A stretch of 29,207 nucleotides of DNA from a bacterium (GTDB taxonomy: Bacteria; Desulfobacterota; Binatia; UBA12015): the NCBI GenBank assembly GCA_029976905.1, contig JAPOLW010000001.1, forward strand, positions 1 through 29,207, read 5' to 3'. Shown here piece by piece: positions 19,201 through 29,207 of the stretch. The notes below the pieces were generated by a model. It ran no database searches, was not told the origin of the DNA, and saw nothing but the letters and a program-made list of their open reading frames with translations. Both the position numbers and the translations under genes were made by a program. How positions within the stretch are numbered: position 1 is the first letter of the stretch; every line of letters starts with the position of its first letter.

Positions 19201-20557
19201 CGGCCCGCGATGCCGAGGACGCGATCGACGCTGCCCTGCGCGGCTGGCTGTCCGCCCTGGGACCCGTGCGACCCGACTCCCTGGCCGCACGCCTCGGCCT
19301 GCCGACGACGACCGTGCTCGCGGGACTCAGCCGCCTCGAAAACGATGGCTTCGCGATGCAGGGCCGCTTCTCCCCGAACGAGGAGGGCGTGCAATGGTGC
19401 GAGCGACGCCTACTCGCCCGGATCCATCGACTGACGCTCGGCATACTCCGGCGCGAGATCGAACCGGTCTCGATCGCCGATCTCATCCGCTTCCAACTGC
19501 GCTGGCAGCATCTTGCGCCCCGCACCCGGCTCCACGGCCGCGACGGCCTCGCCGCGGTGATCCGACAACTCCACGGCTTCGAAGCGCCGGCTCCAGCCTG
19601 GGAGGATTCCATCCTTTCGGCGCGGGTGGCCGACTACTCGCCCCAACTCCTCGACGACCTCTGTCTCGCAGGGGAGGTCGCCTGGGGGCGCTTCTCGCCT
19701 CCGGGCACGCCCGCCGCGCCCCGGCGGCGCCGACGCCCGTCCGTCCCCACCCGCAATGCGCCGATCGGACTTGCCGTCCGCGACGAACTGCCACGCCACC
19801 TCGCGGGAAGCCCGGCCCCCGACCTGGCCACCCTCTCCGTCGACGCGCGCGCCGCCCTCGATGTCCTGCAGCGCGACGGCGCTTCCTTCCTGGGCGACGT
19901 GGCACGGGCCGCCGGACTACTCCCTACTGCGGCCGAGGAAGCCTTATGGGAGTTGGTCGCCCGCGGGGTGGTCACCGGGGATGGGTTCAGCGGGCTGCGC
20001 TCGCTCCTGTCGCCCACCTCCGACTCCGGCACACCACGGCGCCTGCGCCCGGTACACGGCCGCGCCAGTCGTCGTCTTCCCATCGGCCGGTGGGCGCGCC
20101 TGGTCCGCGATGCAGAACCGGACCCGGATCCGGACGAACGTGCAGAGAGAGCGGCGCGCCTCCTCTTGCGGCGCTACGGCGTGGTCTTCCGTGAGATGAC
20201 CGCACGCGAATCGATGTTGCCGGCCTGGCGGATGACCCTTGCGGCTTTGCGCCGGCTCGAGGCGCGCGGTGAGATCCGCGGCGGACGATTCGTACAGGGA
20301 CCCGCCGGTGAACAATTCGCCACGCCCGAGGCCGTGGAGGCCTTGCGTCGGGTCCGCCGGGAACCCCGTGGGGAGGTCGTTCTGGTCTCCTCGGCCGACC
20401 CCCTCAACCTGGTGGGAATTCTCACGCCGGGGACCCGCATTCCACCGCAGAGCGGGCAGCTCATCGCCTTCGCCGACGGTGTGCCGATCGACAGCGGTAG
20501 ACCCGCAACTCTGCAAGGCCGACTCGGCCCCCGGGGAATGCTAGGCACCCCTTCATC

Positions 20558-20561
<4 letters not shown>
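16281..20561 (+). CDS. lhr: long Lhr-family SF2 helicase (about 1426 aa) with C-terminal winged-helix/glycosylase-like region
   Basis: APTGSGKT, LYVSPLKALGND, VRTGDT, ITTPESL, VDEIH, GLSAT, VFVNTRR, HHGSLS, ATASLELGIDVG, QRVGRSGH, C-terminal RRLEARGEIRGGRFV. Start ATG 16281 preferred over TTG 16215. Confidence 0.93.
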
Positions 20562-21939
<1,378 letters not shown>

Positions 21940-21943
<4 letters not shown>

Positions 21944-23856
21944 GCCAGGCCGAACGCGTCATCCTCGGTACCGCGGGCCACATCGACCATGGCAAGACCG
22001 CCCTCATCCGCGCCCTGACCGGGCAGGAGACGGACCGCCTGGCGGCCGAGAAGGAACGTGGAATCTCCATCGAACTCGGGTTCGCCCACTACGAAGTCGA
22101 AGGGCATCGCTTCGGCGTCGTCGACGTCCCGGGCCACGAGCGCTTCATCCGGCAGATGCTCGCCGGCGTGCACGGCATCGATCTCGTCCTCTTCACCGTC
22201 GCAGCCGACGACGGCATCATGCCGCAGACCGAAGAGCACTTCGACATCCTTCACCTGCTGGGCGCCCGCCACGGCATCTTCGTCATCACCAAATCAGATC
22301 TGGTCGACGCCGCCCGGATCGAGGAGGTCCGCTCGGACATCGAAGTCCTCGCCGTGGGCACGGCCTGCGAATCCTGGCCGGTCCTCGCCGCATCGAGCGT
22401 GACCGGCACGGGGCTCGACGACCTCCGCACCGAGCTCGCACGACAGCTCGAGGGGCTGGTCCGCCGCGATCCGAGCGGTTATTTCCGACTTCCCATCGAC
22501 CGTGCGTTCACCCTCCACGGCCACGGACTGGTCGTCACCGGAACGGCCATCGCCGGAGAGGTGCGTGAAGGAGATGCGCTGGCGATCCGCCCGACGGGCC
22601 TCGATACCCGGGCCCGCTCGATTCAGGTCCACGGCGAGGCCGTGACCTGCGCGTCGGCGGGACAGCGTGTCGCCGTCAACCTCCCTGGCATCGAAAAAAA
22701 CGAGGTTCGCCGCGGGTACTGGCTCACCGACCCCAGCATCGAGTTCACGACCGATCGCATCGATTGCTGGTTCGAAGTGCGGCCCGGTGCACCTCGACCG
22801 CTGCGCAGCTTCGACCGACTCCGCATCTACGTCACCACCGCCGAGGTCCTCGGGCGGTTGATTCTCCTGGGTGATCGAAAGGAACTTGCCCCGAAGGAAT
22901 CCGGGTGGTGCCAGATCGCGCTGGACCAACCCGTGCTCGTAGCGGCGGGAGATCGCTTCATCGCGAGGACCGAGACGGCGACGCGGACGACCGGAGGAGG
23001 AGAGGTCGCCCATCCGTTCGCGCCACGACACCGTGCCAGCGAGACGAATTTGCTCGAACGCCTGGAAGCGCTCCGCAACGGCGAGGAAGAGGAGCGCGTC
23101 CATGCCTTCCTCGAGATCCTGCGGGAATTCGCTGCCCCCACCGAACTCGTGGCGCAATCCCTCGGGCAACGCGCCGAAGCGGTTCAGGCCATGGTACGCA
23201 ACTCCAACCGTGTCCTACCTCTCCCCGAAGCTTCCTCTCCCGAAGCGTGGACGACCCAGACCAAATGGGAGCGTCTGCGGTCCGAGGTGGTCGGGGTCCT
23301 CGAGGAATTCCATCGGGTCCATCCGATCGCGACGGGCATGGACCTGGAATCGCTTCGCTCCAGACTGCGCGTGCCGCTCGAAGCGAAGCTCTTCCGACCC
23401 GTGATCACGCGACTCGAGGCGGCCGGCGTCGTCGCGCGCGAGGCGGCCACCGTGCGCCTCCCGCAGCATCGCGTCCAGCTCGACGAAGCCCAGACGGGTC
23501 AGGCTGCCTCCATCTCTGGCGCAATCGACGCGGGAGGCCTGACGCCTCCAGACGTCAAGCAACTCGCGGCAGACCTCGGACTGACGACCGGCAAGGCTCT
23601 AGAGCTCCTCCATCTTCTCGAGAAACAGGCGAAGGTCGTCCGGGTAACTCCGGAGATCTTCTACTCGGAGAAGGCCTACCAGCGAGCACGACAGCTACTG
23701 GAGGATTGCATCGAGAAAACGTCCGAGGTGACCGTCGCGGACTACCGCACGGCGCTCTCCGCCAGCCGCAAATACGCGCTCGCACTCCTCGATCACTTCG
23801 ATCAGGCGGGCATCACGATCCGGGTCGGCGACGCGCGCAGGCTCCGCACCACCTGA
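21940..23856 (+). CDS. selB: selenocysteine-specific translation elongation factor SelB
   Basis: [46 protein letters not shown]-terminal SECIS-binding winged helix [13 protein letters not shown]...[12 protein letters not shown] overlap with selA. Confidence 0.98.
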
Positions 23857-23860
23857 GGTC

Positions 23861-23883
23861 GGCCCGGACATCGAGCCGGGGCC
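23861..23883. terminator. GC hairpin between convergent selB and PPIase genes
   Basis: GGCCCGG-ACATCGAG-CCGGGGCC, 7 bp with one bulge. No U-tract. Confidence 0.3.
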
Positions 23884-23893
23884 CGCAGGAACG

Positions 23894-24874
23894 TCAATGA
23901 CTGCCCCCATGGAAGGGGACCGACTCCGTCCCGGGAGGGGGTTCGGGTATGCTCGCGGCGATACGCTCCACGGCCTCCGAATCGATCTGAATGTCCGCCT
24001 TCTCCCTCAATTCCTCGTAGAGGTCCTGCGTCCTTCGTTGAACGGCTTCCTGCCGAAGCTTCGATTTGATCTGCCCACGCACCTGATCGAGAGGCTTCTC
24101 TTCCCCCGGACGCCACTCCTCGAGGCGAATGATGTGATAGCCGTACTGGGTTTTCACGACGTCACTCGTCTCGCCGGGTTCATGCAACACGAAGGCCGCC
24201 GCTTCGAATTCGGGCACCATCCTGCCGCGCCCAAAAAAGCCGAGATCGCCTCCCTTGCGCGCCGAAGCCGTATCGATCGAATGCTCCTTGGCGAGATCTG
24301 CAAAGGAATCCGGATCTTCCTCGAGCTTGCGGCGCAAATCCTTCGCGAGCGCTTCTTCGCGCACCAGGATGTGCCTCGCGCGCATCGTTGCCGTGGAGTA
24401 GAGCTTTCGATTGTTCTCGTAGAACGCCTCGATCTCGACCTCGGTCGGCGCCGAAACCTCCTGAAGTTTCTTGACCAGCATCTGAACGACGAGTCGGCGA
24501 TTCATCTCCGCGATTTGCCGGCGGATGAGCGGGTCTTGGTCGATCTGCTGGCGCACACCTTCTTCGTAGAGGAGGTCGTTGAGAATGTAATTCTCGATGA
24601 AGAGCGCGCGCCCGTTCTCGTCCATCATCCTTCGCGTCCGCGACGGCAACCGCTGCAACTCGGCGACCAGATCGTCCTCCGTCATGACCCGGCCGGCAAA
24701 GCGGGCGACGACCTCTCCCGTCGCGGTCGGCGTGGGACCGGGTGAGGCTACAGCCGCGACCGTCTCCTCGACAGCGGACGAGGCCGACTCCAGGGTCGGC
24801 GTCGAGGCGGGTTCACAACCCGCCAGAACCACGCCCAGCACAATACCAACGCCCAGGAATGTTCTCTCGATCAT
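23894..24874 (-). CDS. parvulin/PpiC-type peptidyl-prolyl isomerase, PrsA-like lipoprotein
   Basis: Signal with lipobox VLAGC, RARHILV, FADLAKEHSID, GGDLGFF, MVPEFEAAAF, VKTQYGYHII. Start set at ATG 24874. Confidence 0.92.
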   Translation of the reverse strand: MIERTFLGVGIVLGVVLAGCEPASTPTLESASSAVEETVAAVASPGPTPTATGEVVARFAGRVMTEDDLVAELQRLPSRTRRMMDENGRALFIENYILNDLLYEEGVRQQIDQDPLIRRQIAEMNRRLVVQMLVKKLQEVSAPTEVEIEAFYENNRKLYSTATMRARHILVREEALAKDLRRKLEEDPDSFADLAKEHSIDTASARKGGDLGFFGRGRMVPEFEAAAFVLHEPGETSDVVKTQYGYHIIRLEEWRPGEEKPLDQVRGQIKSKLRQEAVQRRTQDLYEELREKADIQIDSEAVERIAASIPEPPPGTESVPFHGGSH

Positions 24875-25010
24875 CCCCTCTGGATAATGCAAAAAATGCC
24901 GACGTGCGATGCCCACCGCTGGCTACGACGCCGATTTACCAGTTGCGCGAGGGCGCGGCTTGCGCCACGATCCGATCGGTCGCCGAATGTGGTACTACTT
25001 CTCATCGAGC

Positions 25011-25373
25011 ATGGAACTCGACGAAACAACCGCCGGGTCGGGTACGACGGCTGCGCCGCAGGACGGGGCGACGCTCGTGCCGTACGCGCCAACCACGAAG
25101 GGATTCGACATGGACGATGTATTGCGCCAGGCAGAAGCGCTTCTGCGCTTTTCCGGGGAAGTCGAGAACCGCATGACCGAAAGTGGTCTGGGCGGAGTGA
25201 ACGGCGTGATCGAACGCTATCTCCAGCTCCGACAGGCTCTCGACCGCCTGAGCCAACGTGAGCTCGACTGGGCCAAAGGCGAAGTCGACCGGCTCATTGC
25301 CACACTGACCACCGTGTCCGAGCAACTCGAGCAATTGCGCGCCATCAAGCTGGCCATCGTCGACCCCAACTGA
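25011..25373 (+). CDS. hypothetical protein, about 120 aa, helical
   Basis: Fills the gap with typical codon use and amphipathic heptad-like helices. Start uncertain (ATG 25011 chosen). Confidence 0.6.
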   Translation: MELDETTAGSGTTAAPQDGATLVPYAPTTKGFDMDDVLRQAEALLRFSGEVENRMTESGLGGVNGVIERYLQLRQALDRLSQRELDWAKGEVDRLIATLTTVSEQLEQLRAIKLAIVDPN

Positions 25374-25821
25374 ACCGCTGCGTCAACCAGACGGCGAGAG
25401 CGACGCCGAGGGCCGCCCCGAGGGAATCGAGGACGACGTCGGCAAGCGCTCCGGTCCGGCTCGGGACGAAGCTCTGATGGAATTCGTCGCTCGCCGCGTA
25501 TGCGGCGGCGAGCACCCAGGCCCACTGAGCGACACGAGCCACCGAACGTTGCGGCGTGTTGATCGCCCGGAACAGCAGCAACGCGAGGATTCCGTACTCG
25601 GTGACGTGCGCGAGCTTTCGCACCAGCGCGTGCAGGGCCCCGATCGTCCCGGCGTCAGCCCAGGGAAGCAGGAACTCCAAGAGCGGTGTCAGAACGGAAC
25701 CCGTGCTGCTGCCGCGGAATGCATCGGTCGAAAAAAGCCAGATGACCGACGCCCAGGCGACGACCGGAAGCCAGCGAGACCAGGCACCCGGTGGAGGGAC
25801 CTCAGGGCGCCCCGCGTTCAT
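25345..25821 (-). CDS. VanZ-family membrane protein
   Basis: VIWLFST, RKLAHVTEYGILALL, YAASDEFHQSFVPSRTG, DVVLDSLGAALG. Start set at ATG 25821. Confidence 0.9.
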   Translation of the reverse strand: MNAGRPEVPPPGAWSRWLPVVAWASVIWLFSTDAFRGSSTGSVLTPLLEFLLPWADAGTIGALHALVRKLAHVTEYGILALLLFRAINTPQRSVARVAQWAWVLAAAYAASDEFHQSFVPSRTGALADVVLDSLGAALGVALAVWLTQRFSWGRRWPA

Positions 25822-27052
25822 CGGGAGCAGGGTCGAGACGAGAGCGCTCGATCGCGAGCGCGTAGCGGTACTGCTCGGGGCGCGAAAAACCGCCCTTGAT
25901 CCGGCGGCCGTTGATGAAGAGCGTCGGAGTCGACTCGACCCCGGCGGCCATCCCATCGGCGATGTCCTTCGCCACCGCGGCGGCCACATCGGGTGAGTCT
26001 ACACAGGTGTCGAACCGATCCATGTCGAGCCCCGCCTCCGCGGCGAGTCGACGGATTTCTTCCTCGGAAAGACGACTTTGGTTGACGAAGAAAAGATGGC
26101 TCAGTGCCGACCCCTTGCCTTGTCGATCCGCGCACTCCGAGGCATAGGCCGCGACGCACGCCACCGCGTGGTTTCGGGATTCCACGTTCGGATTGCAGTC
26201 GGCGTTCAGGGGGAAGTTGCGGTGCACCACACGAATGTCACCGGGACTTTCCCCGGCAACTCGAGCGAGATCGAGATAGGCCCGACGGCAATACGGACAT
26301 TGGTAGTCCGAGAACTCGACGATCGTAATCGGGGCCGATCCGGTCGCTGGATCCGGGGCGCCGGCGGAAATGTCGATGATGGGCTGCGAGATGTAGAAGG
26401 CGTAGAAGCGCGGATCATCCCGGCGGATGCTCTCGACGGTCACCGGCCCCGAGGGGCCCGCACTCTGGGAGAAGACCAGGGCGGCAAGGGCGACCACCGT
26501 GCCACCGGCGCCCAGGCCGAGGATGCCGTTGGGGGAGAAGTCGCGCCGGGCCTCGGGGGTCGCCGTAAGACGGTAGAGGACGACGGCCGAGGCGAAGAGG
26601 GCGATGTTGACAGCATCCATCGCCAGGCACATGGGGCAGAGGACGCCGATCGAAATGGTCGAAACGAGAAAAAAGTAGACGGAAATCCCGAGCGTCGCGC
26701 CCGTCAAAGCGAGCAGGAGGGTGGCGACCGGCAGACGCTTCTCGGCCGGCGCCCGCATCGCGTAGGCCGCCAGGGCGCCCATGGCCACATAGGAAAGCAG
26801 CGCCCATCCGCCGACAGGAATCCCGAGAAAAGACGCAAACGCGCTCCCCAAAACGACGTCGCAGGAAACGCCCTCGGAAACGGTGCAAAAACTGGTGTAG
26901 TCACCCTGGCTTGCCGCGAGCTGTTGGTGAATAAAGAGTACGATCGCGCCGAGGACCAGGCCCACGACGGACAGGGCGAGAGCGAGGGTGGCCAGGGTCC
27001 CGATCGCGGGTGTCGCGGACGAAGAGCGAGAGTTGCGACGGGCATTCGACAT
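25802..27052 (-). CDS. VKOR (vitamin K epoxide reductase family) - DsbA-like thioredoxin fusion
   Basis: VKOR loop cysteines FC-x7-CDVVLGS, CPMC (26627-26638), and C-terminal VEFSDYQCPYC (CPYC 26288-26299), RNFPL, cis-Pro loop GVESTPTLFING. RBS GAGGAG upstream. Confidence 0.95.
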   Translation of the reverse strand: MSNARRNSRSSSATPAIGTLATLALALSVVGLVLGAIVLFIHQQLAASQGDYTSFCTVSEGVSCDVVLGSAFASFLGIPVGGWALLSYVAMGALAAYAMRAPAEKRLPVATLLLALTGATLGISVYFFLVSTISIGVLCPMCLAMDAVNIALFASAVVLYRLTATPEARRDFSPNGILGLGAGGTVVALAALVFSQSAGPSGPVTVESIRRDDPRFYAFYISQPIIDISAGAPDPATGSAPITIVEFSDYQCPYCRRAYLDLARVAGESPGDIRVVHRNFPLNADCNPNVESRNHAVACVAAYASECADRQGKGSALSHLFFVNQSRLSEEEIRRLAAEAGLDMDRFDTCVDSPDVAAAVAKDIADGMAAGVESTPTLFINGRRIKGGFSRPEQYRYALAIERSRLDPAPDERGAP

Positions 27053-27146
27053 GGACTCCTCAAAGCGTACCCACGCCCCCTCGGAGATTCAACGCAGCCG
27101 AGCCACCGGCGGGCCCTGTCGGAAGGCCCTCCTGCTGGCCCTGGCC

Positions 27147-29207
27147 ATGGTCCTGATGCTTTGTTCGGGCGCCGCCGCACGCGATCTCGTGGTCAACGGA
27201 GCCCTGTCGGCGGGCAGGGGGCAACGGCCCAATGGCTGGGCCACGGACCTGTGGAACAAGACCCAGGGCACCGCTTTCGACTGGAAGGCCGGGGCCAACG
27301 GCGGGCTCGGGGTCCTGATCGTCCGCAGTCCCGAAGTCAACGACGCCCGTTGGGTCCAGGAGATCGTGGTCGAGCCCGATCACTGGTACCAGCTCTCGGG
27401 CTTCCTCCGGACCGAGGGCGTGTCCCAGGAAGGACTCGGAGCGACACTCTCGATCCTGCGGGGTTTCGAGCACACCGAGCCGCTCAAGGGCGACAACCCA
27501 TGGACTCCGGTCTCGATGTGGTTCAAGACCAAGGGCGAGCGCCGGATCAAGGTCGCGTGTCGTCTTGGCAGCTATGGCCAGGTCTCCTCGGGGGAGGTCT
27601 GGTGCACCGGAATCCGCGTCAGCGAGCAGGCCGGGCCGCCCCTGAACGCGAGCTACGTCTACGGGCCCCTCGAAGAGTCGACCACACCCGTCGGCCTGCC
27701 CACCGCGGCCGGCCTCGTCGTCCTCCTTCTGCTCGGAATCTCCCGCCTCGGCCGAGTGGGCGAGAGTGCCCCCGCCCGTGAGAAGCTCCTCTTCGCGACC
27801 GTTCTACTCGCCGTCTTCGCCGCGAAGGTCGGCGCCGCTCCCTACTTCCAGTACAAGATCGACGTCGGAACCTACTCGGCATGGGCCTTTCGGCTGGCCG
27901 CCGAGGGGCCCGCCCGCTTTTACGCTCCCAACTACTTCGCCGACTATCCGCCGGGATATATGTACGTCCTCTGGGGGATCGGGCTCCTGGCACGCACTCT
28001 GGGGATCACCCTCGGCTCCGCGTCGTTCCTCATTCTGCTGAAGCTGCCCGCGCTTCTCGCCGACGCCGCCATCTCGTGGCTGCTCTACGCCCGGCTGCGG
28101 GCGGCCGGGAAACGGCTGGCCTGGGCGGCCGCGCTCGCCTTTACGCTCAACCCGGCGCTTCTTCTCAACTCCGCGGTCTGGGGGCAGACGGACTCGGTTC
28201 TCTCCCTGCTCATTCTTCTGGCCCTGCTCGCACAGGGACAGCGTCGCTTCGAACTCTCCTGGATCTTCGCAACCCTGGCGGTCCTCACCAAGCCGCAGGC
28301 CCTACTGCTGGCACCACTGCTCGCGTTCTGGCCCTGGGGGTGGTGGAAAAGCGGTCGACCCCTCTCCTGTCTCCTGGCGATCGTGGGCACGGTCTTCGCC
28401 GTGGCAGACCCCTTCCGGGGTGATCGCCCCTGGCAATGGCTGGTCGATCTCTATTTCGGGACGGCGGGGTACTACGCCGAGACCTCGGTCAACGCGATGA
28501 ACCTTGCCGCGCTTCTCTTCGGAATGCGCCACAACGACGCCGAGATCACGTTGGGACTCAGCGCCAACACCTGGGGATTTGCGATTGGGCTGGCGATTGG
28601 CCTGGCGTTCTTCATCGCCTACCTCGTGCGCCGGAATCGCCTCCTTCACGTCAATCTCTTCGCCGCATCCACCCTGGTTTCCTTCGTGTGCCTCACCCGC
28701 ATGCACGAGCGCTATCTCTATCCCTTCTTCGTCTTCGCTGCGCTCCTCGGCGTCACCGGCACCGTCGGAGCCCTGTACTGGAGCCTCTCCGCGCTCTTCC
28801 TGGTCAACGAGCTCGTGGTCTACCTCTATCAGGAGACCGCGACGGCCGGACCGGACTGGGTCTGGCGCAGCGTCGCCGCGCTCAATACCGCCCTTCTCTT
28901 CGCGTGGCTGGGCTCGACGTGGCGCATGGCTCGCGGCCGACTCGACGCGCCCGGAGTCGACGCGCTCGCCAGCGACGACTCTGCGTGGCTCCGCTCTCTC
29001 TCTCTCGACGGACCCACCGGCCCAATCACGACGACCGATCCGCGCGACCGGGAGCAGGCGAGCGCCTCGCCCGCCTGGATTCCTTCCGAAATCCTCTACC
29101 TCCTCGGCCTCGCCGCGCTCGCCCTCGGACTACGGGTCTATGGCCTCGATCAACCGACCGATCTCGTCTTCGATGAAATCTATTTCGTCGAGCAGGCGCG
29201 AAACTAC
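27147..29207 (+). CDS. multidomain membrane glycosyltransferase: CBM-like domain + GT-C domain + start of a PMT/GT39-like domain (partial; runs off window)
   Basis: Hand translation, open to the window end (687 codons). Beta-rich N-domain (LVVNG...NDARWVQEIVV...YQLSG...WTPV...RLGSYG), DYPPGY (27942), NSAVWGQTDS (TGG at 28179), KPQ, SVNAMN, MHERYLYP (28701), then LRVYGLDQPTDLVFDEIYF (FDE at 29169). Start uncertain. Confidence 0.88.
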   Translation, partial: MVLMLCSGAAARDLVVNGALSAGRGQRPNGWATDLWNKTQGTAFDWKAGANGGLGVLIVRSPEVNDARWVQEIVVEPDHWYQLSGFLRTEGVSQEGLGATLSILRGFEHTEPLKGDNPWTPVSMWFKTKGERRIKVACRLGSYGQVSSGEVWCTGIRVSEQAGPPLNASYVYGPLEESTTPVGLPTAAGLVVLLLLGISRLGRVGESAPAREKLLFATVLLAVFAAKVGAAPYFQYKIDVGTYSAWAFRLAAEGPARFYAPNYFADYPPGYMYVLWGIGLLARTLGITLGSASFLILLKLPALLADAAISWLLYARLRAAGKRLAWAAALAFTLNPALLLNSAVWGQTDSVLSLLILLALLAQGQRRFELSWIFATLAVLTKPQALLLAPLLAFWPWGWWKSGRPLSCLLAIVGTVFAVADPFRGDRPWQWLVDLYFGTAGYYAETSVNAMNLAALLFGMRHNDAEITLGLSANTWGFAIGLAIGLAFFIAYLVRRNRLLHVNLFAASTLVSFVCLTRMHERYLYPFFVFAALLGVTGTVGALYWSLSALFLVNELVVYLYQETATAGPDWVWRSVAALNTALLFAWLGSTWRMARGRLDAPGVDALASDDSAWLRSLSLDGPTGPITTTDPRDREQASASPAWIPSEILYLLGLAALALGLRVYGLDQPTDLVFDEIYFVEQARNY
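28994..29006 (+). repeat. (CT)6C simple sequence repeat
   Basis: ctctctctctctc read directly; encodes part of RSLSLD in the interdomain linker. Confidence 0.8.

Noticed and set aside
23857-23893. selC tRNA(Sec) near selAB
   Set aside because: The gap is 37 nt. I saw no cloverleaf with a TCA anticodon and TTCGA T-loop in any intergenic region.

Overview
High-GC, gene-dense bacterial chromosomal window made mostly of housekeeping genes. I found no rRNA, tRNA, CRISPR array, integrase or transposase. Order: [<- ftsH (3' end outside window), coaE, asnS]; [iscS, iscU, iscA, hscB, hscA, fdx ->]; [Rrf2 regulator, 142-aa unknown, Zn-ribbon membrane protein ->]; [<- F420-type LLM oxidoreductase, two nucleoside-type ABC permeases, ABC ATPase, CCA-adding enzyme]; [long Lhr helicase, selA, selB ->]; [<- parvulin PPIase lipoprotein]; [120-aa unknown ->]; [<- VanZ-family protein, VKOR-DsbA fusion]; [CBM + GT-C + PMT-like fusion ->, running off the window end]. 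The gene content suggests a deltaproteobacterial-type lineage such as Candidatus Binatia, but that is inference only. I cannot claim a clearly new multi-gene system. The best leads are the translationally coupled lhr-selA-selB unit, the cca gene coupled to a nucleoside-type ABC transporter with no binding protein, the Rrf2 gene placed after the isc operon and followed by a structured intergenic region and two unknown genes, and the three-module membrane glycosyltransferase. Many ORF-track starts are over-extended and were re-assigned by hand.
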